Made by a program: the position numbers and the translations under genes. A DNA stretch of 64,000 bases from Bdellovibrionales bacterium (GTDB lineage Bacteria > Bdellovibrionota > Bdellovibrionia > Bdellovibrionales > UBA1609). Location: the NCBI GenBank assembly GCA_965205945.1, contig CBDBIB010000001.1, positions 320,001-384,000 on the forward strand, read 5' to 3'. Under the pieces are notes generated by a model. The model made no database searches, was not told where the DNA came from, and was given only the letters and a program-made list of their open reading frames with translations. This document shows, piece after piece, positions 8,616 to 18,832 of the stretch; the first letter of the stretch is position 1; every line of letters begins with the position of its first letter.

Positions 8616-10306
8616 TATTTCTTAACCTTTCTTGTTTTCTTTTTAGCTACTTTCTTTGTTGATCCCATATCTTCACTATTTTGAGTTCTTTTTTTCTGTT
8701 TAACCTTAAGCTGACCCAAGCGATCTTCAGCCTGCTGTAATTCTTCTTCAGCAGATTCAGTATCTTGGCCTAAGATCTTAGCCAATCCTTTAGAAGCTCT
8801 TTTTTTTCTAACCTCACTTGCTCTTGTAATATTTGCCAATCTTTGAACCAAAATAGGTCCAAATTTAGCAATATGTTTCTTTTTTCTCTCCAAATCTACA
8901 GCTTTAAACTCACGTTTTATATGACGTGAAAGCTTTTGCCCTGTCTGCATAAGCGCAAGCCTGATTTCTTCAATCAATTCATCTGATGAGTCAATGGTTT
9001 CCTTTGATGCATTTTTAAATTTAATAAATGGTGATGTAACAGAAATTGCAAAAACATACGGCCCCTTAGGAAGACTATTTTTTGACTGCACCAACCCATA
9101 TGATTTCCAATTTATAGATTCTGCAGATTTTGTAATTGCACAAGAGGCTTTATCAAATTGTAAGGGAACTCTGTTTGCAAACCTTAAAAGTTGAATAGAA
9201 TCCTCTTCTTTCCCTCTATTTAAAAACCTAGCAATAGCAACTTCAATAACAACAGGCTTAAAATCACAAATTCTTGGTTTTCTAGTCACAACAGAGAAAA
9301 AATCTACTTCTCCAAGTTTTGAAATACTTTTTGCTAAACCTTCTTCACCTACTGTTAAAACTGATTTTGTAGATGGGCTTTGGAGTGAAGCTTTTTGAAC
9401 AGCTTGAAAGATGGCTTTATACTCAATATCTTTAATTTTATTTAAACCCTGTTTAAGCCATGTTTTTTTAAGGCCATGCTTTAAGAACTCTTTTAATGCT
9501 GTATCTGTAACTCTAGAAAAGGCAGTTTTTAAATACTTTTCTAAAGTAATATTCCCATATAACAAAGTATGAGTCATAAACTCTCCCAACTTCATAGTAT
9601 GAGGGTGAGGTAGAGTTGGTGGTGGAACTTTAGGCACAAAATCAGACACCCTCTTTATTAAAACCCATTCTTGATCATGAACTTTATAATTTAGTGTTAA
9701 ATGTGGGTTTACTAAAGCCGTTCCCTCTAAGTAAGTTAAAAGACCCCCATCCCCATTTAATTGAAGGCGCCCATCAATTTTAAATTCAACGGCGATACCA
9801 TGCTTTTTAGTCCAATCTATAGTTTTTTTTTCCTTAATGACGCCTCTATTTGCCTTAATATCTACATCTACCTTAAGCTTTACAGCTTTTTTCATGGTTG
9901 CTGTTTTACTAATTACAGTCACCCCAGCCGCGTTTGTTAGTTGTGCCCATGTAGTTGCTGCAGATATACCAATACCTTGCTGCCCCCTAGAACACTGTCC
10001 TCTACCAAACTTTGATGATGCTAAATACTCTCCAAAAACACGTGGCACATCCTCTGACCTTAAACCAGGTCCATTGTCTTCTATATAAACACGAATTAAA
10101 TCTGTGTTTTTCCCCCCACCTTTTCCTATTTTTTTAATTTCTACCTTTAGCTCAGGTAAAATTCCATTTTCTTCACAAGCATCTAAAGAATTGTCTACGG
10201 ATTCTTTTAAAGTAGTTAAAACAGCCTTAGTTTGTGATGAAAACCCCACCTGTTGCAAATTTTTTGCAAAATATTCTGCTGTACTACTTGATGTAATTTT
10301 AGACAA
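8615..10306 (-). CDS. top6B: DNA topoisomerase VI subunit B (GHKL ATPase)
   Basis: AEYFAKN..VGF, KESVDNSLDACE, EDNGPG, SSKF..QCSRGQQGIGIS, RFANRVPL and ASKE motifs. TTG start. Confidence 0.95.
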   Translation of the reverse strand: MSKITSSSTAEYFAKNLQQVGFSSQTKAVLTTLKESVDNSLDACEENGILPELKVEIKKIGKGGGKNTDLIRVYIEDNGPGLRSEDVPRVFGEYLASSKFGRGQCSRGQQGIGISAATTWAQLTNAAGVTVISKTATMKKAVKLKVDVDIKANRGVIKEKKTIDWTKKHGIAVEFKIDGRLQLNGDGGLLTYLEGTALVNPHLTLNYKVHDQEWVLIKRVSDFVPKVPPPTLPHPHTMKLGEFMTHTLLYGNITLEKYLKTAFSRVTDTALKEFLKHGLKKTWLKQGLNKIKDIEYKAIFQAVQKASLQSPSTKSVLTVGEEGLAKSISKLGEVDFFSVVTRKPRICDFKPVVIEVAIARFLNRGKEEDSIQLLRFANRVPLQFDKASCAITKSAESINWKSYGLVQSKNSLPKGPYVFAISVTSPFIKFKNASKETIDSSDELIEEIRLALMQTGQKLSRHIKREFKAVDLERKKKHIAKFGPILVQRLANITRASEVRKKRASKGLAKILGQDTESAEEELQQAEDRLGQLKVKQKKRTQNSEDMGSTKKVAKKKTRKVKK

Positions 10307-10377
10307 CTAAGACTCCCTTACTCAAACCCATTAATTTAAGAAAATCTTAGGGCAAAGGTAGTATACCTATATCTATT

Positions 10378-10659
10378 TTATTTTTCCAAGGCCATATCTA
10401 AAGGGGTTCTAGATTGCTTTAAAAAATTGCAAGCTTTACACGCAATTACAATGTTTGATTTTGTTGATTTTCCACCTCTTGCAATAGGTATTTTGTGATC
10501 CATTGTTAAGTCTTTTCTTCCAAATTTTTCCTCGCAATAATAACAGGTACCAACGTTTACCATATCGAGCCACCACTGAGTTTTCTTTAAAGCTCTTGCC
10601 TTAACTCGCTCTTGAGAAAGGTATTTTTTAGAAGCCGGCTTATACCACATAAACCCCAT
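10378..10659 (-). CDS. HNH endonuclease family protein
   Basis: CYYC...LTMDHKIPIARGG...NIVIACKACN. Confidence 0.9.
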   Translation of the reverse strand: MGFMWYKPASKKYLSQERVKARALKKTQWWLDMVNVGTCYYCEEKFGRKDLTMDHKIPIARGGKSTKSNIVIACKACNFLKQSRTPLDMALEK

Positions 10660-10765
10660 TTAACACTGCGCAGCAGCAAAGGCAAGTTTTAAGACTATTT
10701 GTTTACAGATTAATCTATTTTGGTTTTATTCATAATTAATTTATTTTAACTTAAGGAGAATACAA

Positions 10766-10990
10766 GTGGACTCTTTAGACCTTGAAAATAGACTTACAAA
10801 TGTATTTTCAGAATGTACAGCCACTGTCATCGATATCACCGGAACTGGTAATAATTTTGAACTAAGGCTATCAACACCAGATCTTTTAAAAATGTCTCGC
10901 CTAAAGCAACATCAAGCCATTATGGCTCTTTTTAAAAAAGAGCTTACTTCTGGTGAAATTCATGCATTAACTATTAAATATATTAAATAA
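10766..10990 (+). CDS. BolA/IbaG family protein
   Basis: SRLKQHQ...EIHALTI motif, adjacent to grxD, AAGGAG SD. Confidence 0.88.
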   Translation: MDSLDLENRLTNVFSECTATVIDITGTGNNFELRLSTPDLLKMSRLKQHQAIMALFKKELTSGEIHALTIKYIK

Positions 10991-11010
10991 CTACGAAAAG
11001 GACTTTAATA

Positions 11011-11337
11011 ATGGACCTACCTGCTAAAGTAAAAGAAAGAATTGAATCTATATTAAACCAAAAACCAATTTGCCTATTTATAAAAGGCACACCGGCTTTT
11101 CCACAATGTGGTTTTTCTCAACGAGCCGTAGCACTATTAAATGAAATTAAAGCAGATTTTCATTCTGTAAACATCTTAGAAGATCAAGAGATTCGTGATG
11201 GAATTAAAATTTATGGCAATTGGCCAACAATTCCTCAACTGTATGTAAAAGGAAAACTTATTGGAGGTTCTGACATCCTAATGGAGATGTATCAAGAGGG
11301 CGAATTAACTCAGCTCGTTAAAGAAGCTTCAGCCTAG
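11011..11337 (+). CDS. grxD: Monothiol glutaredoxin (Grx4)
   Basis: KGTP..PQCGFS, WPTIPQLY and GGSDI. Confidence 0.96.
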   Translation: MDLPAKVKERIESILNQKPICLFIKGTPAFPQCGFSQRAVALLNEIKADFHSVNILEDQEIRDGIKIYGNWPTIPQLYVKGKLIGGSDILMEMYQEGELTQLVKEASA

Positions 11338-12280
11338 TTTTTACCTCTTCAAATTCTGTAATAAATTTATTAATAATTTCCTTGCATGTAAGAATTTCTT
11401 TAACCTCACCTACTGACTGCCCAGCGCTCCAAACATTATTCCATGAGTATTTTTTTTTAATTTTCAACCCCCTTTTCATAAATTGATATAAAACGTATTG
11501 AGAGATTTTTCCTTTTAAAGAATTGTCCCATTCATAAAATTTTTGAGACTCTTTAGTTTTTAAAATTGAAGCGTTTACTCCAGATAATGCTTTTGACATA
11601 AAAATGTCTTCAGGACCAGAGTTCACTATTGAGTCTTTATAGCCCTGATCAACTTTTGCCTCATTACTTGCAATAAACCTTGTACCAACACTCACAGCCG
11701 ATGCGCCTAATACCAGTGATGCTGCTAACTGTTCACCACTAGAAATTCCACCAGTAGCTATAATTAAAGTTTTGGGAAACATTTTTTTAAAAAATGGTAG
11801 TGAGCAAAATGGCGATAGCGTGCCTGCATGTCCTCCAGCACCTGTGCTCACAACAATTAAACCGTCAGCACCAGCGTTCACAGCCTTTCTTGCATGTTTT
11901 GTGTTAATAACATCACAGATAACCTTGATCCCTAAAGACCTTGCTTTTAATAATAAATCTTGAGGGTTTCCTAAAGAAGAAATTATTAACGCAACCTTGT
12001 GCTTAAAGATAACTTTTATATCGGCTTTAAGTCTTGTGTTTGACCTGTGTAAAATTAAATTTATGCCAAAGGGTAAAGAACCCACTCTGTCTTTAATTTT
12101 GACAATCCATTGGTCTAACTCCTCTGAGGTCCGGCAATTCAGCGCTGGAAAAGTTCCTATTCCCCCCGCTAAAGTAGTCTCTATAACCATTTCAATATTA
12201 GAAACTAAAAACATAGGTGCCGCTATGATTGGATACTTACAGCCCATTATCTGTGTAAACTCTGTATTTATTTCTTTCAT
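11318..12280 (-). CDS. Nitronate monooxygenase / FabK-like flavin oxidoreductase
   Basis: PIIAAPMF, GAGGHAG, ATGGI, VGTRFIAS and WSAGQ. Start moved to ATG 12280. Confidence 0.88.
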   Translation of the reverse strand: MKEINTEFTQIMGCKYPIIAAPMFLVSNIEMVIETTLAGGIGTFPALNCRTSEELDQWIVKIKDRVGSLPFGINLILHRSNTRLKADIKVIFKHKVALIISSLGNPQDLLLKARSLGIKVICDVINTKHARKAVNAGADGLIVVSTGAGGHAGTLSPFCSLPFFKKMFPKTLIIATGGISSGEQLAASLVLGASAVSVGTRFIASNEAKVDQGYKDSIVNSGPEDIFMSKALSGVNASILKTKESQKFYEWDNSLKGKISQYVLYQFMKRGLKIKKKYSWNNVWSAGQSVGEVKEILTCKEIINKFITEFEEVKTRLKLL

Positions 12281-12382
12281 AAAAAAATTATACCCACATA
12301 AACTGACAAAAGTCTTATTTATTTTACTCATTAAAAACCACTGTTTTATCCGATAGGTTTTGTATAATAAAGGGGTTTAAAA

Positions 12383-12745
12383 TTGAATATACTTTTAGCA
12401 GAAGATGACCATAATATAGCCATGATTGCGATTATGGCTCTTGAAACTTTTGGAAAACACAGTGTTACTCATGCAGGTGATGGTGAAAAAGCTTATAACC
12501 TTGTAAAAGAAAACACCTATGATGTAATTTTACTTGATGAGATGATGCCTAAAATAAATGGTCTAAAAGTTTGTAAAATACTACTTTCTCAAGGTTTTAA
12601 AACGCCTATTATTTTTCTAAGCGCAAAGTCACAATCAACAGACATTAATCTTTTTAAATCCCTTGGCTCTGGTTTTATTCCAAAACCTTTTAATCCCTCT
12701 ACTCTTTGTATAGAAATTGAGACAATACTAAGTGAGAATATATGA
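12383..12745 (+). CDS. Single-domain response regulator
   Basis: LLAEDD, LLDEMMP, FLSA and PKPF. Confidence 0.92.
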   Translation: MNILLAEDDHNIAMIAIMALETFGKHSVTHAGDGEKAYNLVKENTYDVILLDEMMPKINGLKVCKILLSQGFKTPIIFLSAKSQSTDINLFKSLGSGFIPKPFNPSTLCIEIETILSENI

Positions 12746-14094
12746 CTATACGAACAAAGTTTTTTTCAGTTGTTTTTCTCTGTTTTGGAAGTGTTTTAAG
12801 TATTGGATATCTTGGGTTTAGTTCTTATACGAATTTACAAAAAATTAATGCACAATTAAGGCAGTCTTCTAAATTTGAAGGCCTTATTAGAGGGGTTGCA
12901 AACTCCAGATTTCTTCCTGTACTTGAAAAAAATCTAGAAGGTTATGTTAATAAACTTGAACCTGAGTATAGAAACAATTCTGTTATAAACATTGTAAACG
13001 CATATAAGAAAAAAAATCGCAGGCTTTTAAACTCTAAAATTTCAATGTTTAGAAAACAAGAGAATAACTATATTAAATATTTACAAAATAATCTTACTGT
13101 TTATGAAAGCCATATACGATCTTTAGCCTTTATTTTTATTATTATTTTATGTCTATCATTTTTCTTAGTCACAAAATTAGTATTAAAATCCACACTTAAG
13201 CCTTTAAAAATGTTAAGCAACCGAATGGTTGATTTCTTAAACAACAGGTACACTTATCAATTTAGAGTTCCTAAAAAAAATGAAGTTGGAGAACTTGAAT
13301 TAAACTTTCACTCTCTTGCACAAAGAGTTTTAAATAATATTGAGGATTTAAAAGCACTTGATTCTGCAAAAAGTGATTTCTTAAACATTGCAAGTCACGA
13401 ATTAAAAACTCCTTTAACTTCTATAAAAGGTTCTCTTTCTTTACTACGTACTGGTGTAGACACACTTTCTTCTAAAAATTCTAAAAATCTTTTTAAAATT
13501 GCAGAAAATGAAACTGATAGACTTATCCGTTTAATTAATGATTTATTAGATCTTGCAAAAATTGAGGCCAGAAAATTTCCTTTAAAAAAGGATTGGATTT
13601 CTATTGATAAAATCATTGAAACCACTTTATATAGCCTTGAGGGAATATCTAAAACAGCAAATGTTTCTTTAACCTATACATCAGGTCAATGTAAAATAGT
13701 CAATATAGACAAAGATAAAGTTCAACAAGTGATAACAAACCTTGTCTCAAATGCTGTAAAATACTCTCCTGAAAACGGAACTGTAATTGTTTCAGTGACC
13801 ATTGATAAAAGTAATTATTTAAGAGTCGAAGTAAAAGATGAGGGTGATGGAATTTCTCCTGATGACCAAAAGCTTATTTTTGAAAAATTTAGACAAGCCT
13901 CATGCCCTGCAAACCCAATAGTTAAAGGCACTGGACTCGGACTAGCTATTGCAAAAGCTGTAATTGAAGAGCATAATGGTACACTCAATGTTCATTCACA
14001 AATAGGTAAAGGAAGCTCTTTTTATTTTACTCTCCCTGATTGGAGACAAGATAAGGTAACAATTGATTTTAACGAAAAACGTGATGCTGCATAA
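12742..14094 (+). CDS. Membrane sensor histidine kinase (HAMP-HisKA-HATPase)
   Basis: Two TM helices, SHELKTPL, NLVSNAVKYS, DEGDGI and GTGLGL. Confidence 0.95.
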   Translation: MTIRTKFFSVVFLCFGSVLSIGYLGFSSYTNLQKINAQLRQSSKFEGLIRGVANSRFLPVLEKNLEGYVNKLEPEYRNNSVINIVNAYKKKNRRLLNSKISMFRKQENNYIKYLQNNLTVYESHIRSLAFIFIIILCLSFFLVTKLVLKSTLKPLKMLSNRMVDFLNNRYTYQFRVPKKNEVGELELNFHSLAQRVLNNIEDLKALDSAKSDFLNIASHELKTPLTSIKGSLSLLRTGVDTLSSKNSKNLFKIAENETDRLIRLINDLLDLAKIEARKFPLKKDWISIDKIIETTLYSLEGISKTANVSLTYTSGQCKIVNIDKDKVQQVITNLVSNAVKYSPENGTVIVSVTIDKSNYLRVEVKDEGDGISPDDQKLIFEKFRQASCPANPIVKGTGLGLAIAKAVIEEHNGTLNVHSQIGKGSSFYFTLPDWRQDKVTIDFNEKRDAA

Positions 14095-14103
14095 GGTTTT
14101 AAA

Positions 14104-14385
14104 ATGAATTTTGATGATCTAATAAAGGAAATGAAAACTCAGTATATTAATGATTTAGCTGTTAAAATTAAAGAATTAAAAGTTCTTTTAAAAAATAAAG
14201 ATTTCACTCGTTTAGAGTGTTTTTTTCATCAACTTAAGGGCAGTGGTGCATCTTATGGTTTTCCAGAATTTAGTGAGCTTGGTGCTAAATATGAGAAAAA
14301 AATAAAAGAAAAAGCCTTAAGTGATATACAGATCAATAATCTAAGTAATGAATTTAATGTTCTTTACAAAAAGTATTCAGCTTAA
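14104..14385 (+). CDS. Hpt phosphotransfer protein
   Basis: HQLKGSGASYGF. Confidence 0.9.
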   Translation: MNFDDLIKEMKTQYINDLAVKIKELKVLLKNKDFTRLECFFHQLKGSGASYGFPEFSELGAKYEKKIKEKALSDIQINNLSNEFNVLYKKYSA

Positions 14386-14571
14386 TTTTTTATTTTTCTA
14401 CCAAATTTTAGTTTAAAGTTTTTAAAATATAAAAAATCTATCTTAATTCTCTATATATTACCTTAAAAAACATCAAACCTTTTTTGTAAGTCATTACGTC
14501 TTAATTTAGAACATTTTAATATCCTTAGTATTGAATCAATACGTTCAAAATTAAGAATTTAATAGTACTGT

Positions 14572-14598
14572 TAAGTAGACTCAAGTCTAAGCCGAAAT
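14572..14598 (+). promoter_or_regulatory. Putative FliA (sigma-28) promoter
   Basis: TAAGTAGA-N11-GCCGAAAT upstream of the 14646 ORF. Confidence 0.5.
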
Positions 14599-14645
14599 AA
14601 GTTTAAAGTAACTTTTTAAAGAAACGTCTATTTAAGGAGAGCTTT

Positions 14646-15629
14646 ATGCGTGCTTTAGTATTTTTGATATTTTTTATATCTATTCAATCTTTTGCTTGTA
14701 TAGAAATTATAAAAAACAGCAGGGCTAATGAAGAGGTATATAATTCTTATGCAGATAATAAGGTTAATAATTGTATAAGATTTCCTTACATTCAAAAAGA
14801 CTTTAGCCCTCAAGGGGTGCATATAACAGATCAAAATACCGCTTATATAAGTATGCATCACAAAAAAACTAAACTTTCAAGTCGTATTATACAAGCTGAT
14901 GTAAAAACTGGAAAGGTTTTAAAAGTCTATGAATTAATGGGGTCAGAGTATAGGGGTTATTTGGGTAAAATTCAAACTGTTTCTCTTTTTGATAATGAGT
15001 CAAAATTTGTAATTCCTTTAAAAAAAGCTTTCTGCATTTTTGATAAAAAAAATGCAAAGCTTGCAATTAATGGATTTTATAAAGCACATATACTTAAGTG
15101 TCAAAAACAAGAGCTTGAAGGTGGCATCATTTCATCTATAAGTTACAGTTCTAATCAAAATAATCAGAAATATATTTGGACTATTGTTTCTAAAGAAAAA
15201 AAGAATAAGTTAAAAATATTTGGATATAAAATCGTTAAAAATAAAATTTTAAAGCAAGCTACATATAAATTTGATCTACCAAAGGCTCTGTCAAAAATAG
15301 AAAGTTTAGTGATGCTTGATTCTTCTTTAAAAAAACATAGGTTTTTACTTGCAAATAGTTCAAGTACCCATACTTTAAAAATGTATGAAATTAAATTTAC
15401 TTATAATAAACTAAATAAATTGTATAATTACAAACTTACAGCTTATAAAAACAACAAAGATAGTAGAAGGCCGGCTTCAATTACAAAAATAAAAAAATCT
15501 AAAAATTTGCATAAAAAAGTAAGTCTAAAAGAATCTATCCCTTGGTACTTATACAAGAATTTACCAGTACTCAACAAAGGACTTAAGACAATGATTAAAG
15601 TCAATTCACCTATGATACTGCCTAAATAG
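14646..15629 (+). CDS. Secreted basic hypothetical protein, possible beta-propeller
   Basis: Signal peptide (SIQSFA), SPQG motif, AAGGAG SD. Confidence 0.7.
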   Translation: MRALVFLIFFISIQSFACIEIIKNSRANEEVYNSYADNKVNNCIRFPYIQKDFSPQGVHITDQNTAYISMHHKKTKLSSRIIQADVKTGKVLKVYELMGSEYRGYLGKIQTVSLFDNESKFVIPLKKAFCIFDKKNAKLAINGFYKAHILKCQKQELEGGIISSISYSSNQNNQKYIWTIVSKEKKNKLKIFGYKIVKNKILKQATYKFDLPKALSKIESLVMLDSSLKKHRFLLANSSSTHTLKMYEIKFTYNKLNKLYNYKLTAYKNNKDSRRPASITKIKKSKNLHKKVSLKESIPWYLYKNLPVLNKGLKTMIKVNSPMILPK

Positions 15630-15630
15630 T

Positions 15631-16518
15631 TTAAGTGTTAAATACTTCTTTAATTTTTTTAATAAGACGATCCTCAGATTGCCTTATTGCTTCTCGAGTA
15701 ACCCCTAAAGATTCACCAATTTCATTTAATGTCTTTGGAGTATCGCTTAATATCCGCTCCTTAAGAAGAAGCTCCTCTCGTTTTGTTAAAGATCCTTTTA
15801 ATTTAGATAGTGCGTTATGAAGAAGTTTTAAGTTTTCTTTTAAATCAATACGATCCACAACAACTTCACTATAAGGATCTTTTTGTAAATTAAGCAAAGT
15901 GCTTGAATTTTGATTTCCTAAGTTTTGATCAAGACTAATATCAAGGGAGCCAAGGCGGTCCTCCATGGTGACTACATCTTTTTCGGTTACTCCAAGGCGA
16001 GAGCTTAAGAGTTTAACACTGGGCTCTAAACCTTCTTGCAACATTTTTTGTTTTTCTTTATCCAGTTTATAAAAAAGTCTTTTTTGAGCGTTAGTAGTGC
16101 CAATTTTAACCATTGAATGTTGCTTCATAAGATACTCTTGGATATGACCTCTAATCCACCAAACAGCATAAGTTATAAGCTTTACATCTTTATGAGGGTT
16201 AAACTCTCGAACAGCGTGCATAAGGCCTATATTTCCTTCTTGAATAAGATCTATAAGTTTAGCTCCAAATTTTGAATATTCATTGGCTATTTTAACAACA
16301 AAGCGCAAATTTGAGGTAACAAGTTTTTGCGCCGTTTTTTTATCCTTTGTTTCATAATACTTTACAGCAAGTTTTTTTTCTTCTTCTTTAGTAAGGAGAG
16401 GGTAGTTTTTAATCTCTTCAAGGTATGCTTGTAACGGGTCATATTTTAATAAAGCTGCAGAGGCAATAGCTAAAGGCTTTACTGGAACTTGATTGAGAGA
16501 AGTTTTTTTCTTTGTCAT
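15631..16518 (-). CDS. rpoH: RNA polymerase sigma-32 family factor
   Basis: DPLQAYL, SNLRFVVKIA, DLIQEGNIGLM, YAVWWIR and the RpoH box VKIGTTNAQKRLFYKL. Confidence 0.92.
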   Translation of the reverse strand: MTKKKTSLNQVPVKPLAIASAALLKYDPLQAYLEEIKNYPLLTKEEEKKLAVKYYETKDKKTAQKLVTSNLRFVVKIANEYSKFGAKLIDLIQEGNIGLMHAVREFNPHKDVKLITYAVWWIRGHIQEYLMKQHSMVKIGTTNAQKRLFYKLDKEKQKMLQEGLEPSVKLLSSRLGVTEKDVVTMEDRLGSLDISLDQNLGNQNSSTLLNLQKDPYSEVVVDRIDLKENLKLLHNALSKLKGSLTKREELLLKERILSDTPKTLNEIGESLGVTREAIRQSEDRLIKKIKEVFNT

Positions 16519-16523
16519 GCTTA

Positions 16524-16835
16524 TTAGCTGATCAACTCTAACTTTTCTTCAATTTTTCTCTGAATAAGCCTTTTAAAAGGTGTTAACATAAAAGCAAGTT
16601 TTAACTCAATATCAATAGTACAACCCTTTTTAACAGGAGTTATTAAAAAATGCCCTTGAATTCTTGAACCTGAAAGCTTCACAAAGATTTTATCTAGATC
16701 AATATTTTGATCATAAATTTTAAAATTAGGCTCAAAGGCTTTAAGTTCTTTATCATGGGTTAAGGTGTCTTGCACAGCAACAAAAAGTGCTTCAGCTTGG
16801 ACAGAAAAAGTTTTTTTTATTTTAACTTTAGGCAT
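16524..16835 (-). CDS. Hypothetical protein, SRPBCC/PHA-granule-region-like fold
   Basis: 103 aa, C-terminal LAFMLTPFKRLIQRKIEEKL. Confidence 0.55.
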   Translation of the reverse strand: MPKVKIKKTFSVQAEALFVAVQDTLTHDKELKAFEPNFKIYDQNIDLDKIFVKLSGSRIQGHFLITPVKKGCTIDIELKLAFMLTPFKRLIQRKIEEKLELIS

Positions 16836-16870
16836 ACTATACTCTAGAAGTATTTTGTAAAGGAGCCAAC

Positions 16871-18661
16871 ATGACGGAAAAACAAGGCTGGAAACGGGAC
16901 CAATACTGCGGTCTAATTAATGCTGAATATATAGGCAAAGAAATATGGGTTACAGGCTGGTGTGATACTAGACGTGATCATGGAAGTCTTGTTTTTATTG
17001 ACCTTCGAGATCGTGAAGGTCTTGTTCAGGTTGTATTAGATTCATCTAAAATACCTCTGGCTAAAGATTTAAGATCAGAGTTTGTTTTGGCCATTAAGGG
17101 TAAAGTAAATTTAAGGCCAGAAGGGATGATTAATAAAACGATATCTACAGGAGAAATCGAAATTGAAGCCTTAGAATTAATAGTTTTATCTAAAGCTCAA
17201 ACACCACCCTTTGTAATTGGAAATTTAAGTAAAGTTGGAGATGCAATTTGTCAAAAATACAGATACTTAGAACTTAGAAATAACGAGAAGATGGCTCTTT
17301 TAAAACTTCGTCATGAAGTGATGCAAATTTCTAGAAACTATCTATCAGAACAGGGGTTTTATGAATTTGAAACACCAATTTTGTATAAAAGTACTCCTGA
17401 AGGGGCGAGAGATTTTTTGGTTTCATCTCGTCTAAATCTGGGGGAGTTTTATGCTCTCCCACAAAGTCCACAAACTTTAAAACAGCTTTTAATGATTGCT
17501 GGAGCTGATAAATATTTTCAAATTGCAAGATGCTTTAGAGATGAAGATTTAAGAGCAGATCGTCAGCCTGAATTCACACAAATTGATATTGAAATGTCTT
17601 TTATTGATGAAAAAGCTATAAGAAAATTAACACAAAACTTAGCTGCAAAGCTTTGGAAGAAGTTTAAAAACCAAGAGCTTAGCGATGTTCCAGTTTTTTC
17701 TTATCATGAGGCTATGAATAGATTTGGCTCTGATAAGCCTGATTTACGTATTAAAATGGAAATTCAAGATCTTACTGAAACTTTAAAAGACTGTGAATTT
17801 AAATTATTTAACTCAATAACCGATCATGGTGGAAAAATTAAGGCTCTAGCCTTAAAAAATGAACTTCCATCAAGGAGCCAGATAGATAAATGGACTAAGC
17901 TTATTCAATCACGTGGAGCAAAAGGTTTAACTTGGATTAAGAATAACGGTGAAAAAAACTATCAATCACCAATTTTAAAATTTTTAGGACAAGGTTTAAT
18001 TGAAAAAATGTTTTTAAAAGCCTTTAAGGATGATGATCACACAGGGGTTTTATTTTTAGTATCTGACACTTGGAAAACCTCTTGTGAAGCTCTAGGATTT
18101 TTACGATTAGAACTTGCTAAAACTTTTAATTTAATTGATGAGTCTGTAGATAAATTTTTATGGGTTAATGAGTTTCCGCTTTTTGAATATGATTCAAATG
18201 ATCAACGTTGGTACTCAATTCATCATCCATTTACAGAGCCTTTAGACGAGCATAAAAAGCTCCTCATTAAAGGTAGAGATGATTTAAATTTAATTCTAGG
18301 TGATATGAAATCAAAAGCTTATGATTTTGTTTGTAATGGTAGTGAAATAGCAGGCGGGAGTTTAAGAGTTTATCAGCCACAGCTTCAAAAAGAAATTTTT
18401 AAAGTTTTAGGCCTAACCAAAGAGGAGGTGAAATCTAAATTTGGATTCTTTATAGACGCTCTTAAGTACGGAACACCTCCTCATGGTGGTATTGCTTGGG
18501 GGTTTGACAGACTTGTTATGCATCTAGCTGGAGTAGATACTATTAGAGATGTTATTGCATTTCCAAAAACTGCAAAAGGAATATGTCCCATGTCTTCTGC
18601 GCCCTCAAAGGTGGCTATTGACCAGCTTATTGAACTAGGTTTAAAAATTATTAAATCATAG
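16871..18661 (+). CDS. aspS: Aspartate-tRNA ligase
   Basis: RRDHG..FIDLRD, STPEGARDF, LPQSPQ, FRDEDLRADRQPEFTQ and PPHGGIAWGFDR. The His in RRDHG suggests the non-discriminating type. Confidence 0.97.
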   Translation: MTEKQGWKRDQYCGLINAEYIGKEIWVTGWCDTRRDHGSLVFIDLRDREGLVQVVLDSSKIPLAKDLRSEFVLAIKGKVNLRPEGMINKTISTGEIEIEALELIVLSKAQTPPFVIGNLSKVGDAICQKYRYLELRNNEKMALLKLRHEVMQISRNYLSEQGFYEFETPILYKSTPEGARDFLVSSRLNLGEFYALPQSPQTLKQLLMIAGADKYFQIARCFRDEDLRADRQPEFTQIDIEMSFIDEKAIRKLTQNLAAKLWKKFKNQELSDVPVFSYHEAMNRFGSDKPDLRIKMEIQDLTETLKDCEFKLFNSITDHGGKIKALALKNELPSRSQIDKWTKLIQSRGAKGLTWIKNNGEKNYQSPILKFLGQGLIEKMFLKAFKDDDHTGVLFLVSDTWKTSCEALGFLRLELAKTFNLIDESVDKFLWVNEFPLFEYDSNDQRWYSIHHPFTEPLDEHKKLLIKGRDDLNLILGDMKSKAYDFVCNGSEIAGGSLRVYQPQLQKEIFKVLGLTKEEVKSKFGFFIDALKYGTPPHGGIAWGFDRLVMHLAGVDTIRDVIAFPKTAKGICPMSSAPSKVAIDQLIELGLKIIKS

Positions 18662-18832
18662 GTTTATATAAGTTTTTTAAAATGACTGATATAAAATAGC
18701 CTCTTATTTTTCTACTAAAGCTTTGTTAGCTTACTAATGAAAAAACATTTTAAGCAAAAGACTTTTAATAAAAATTTAAAACTCTAGCTACTCTCACCTA
18801 ATTTACTTCTACTTTCTTTAAAAAACTCTTAA

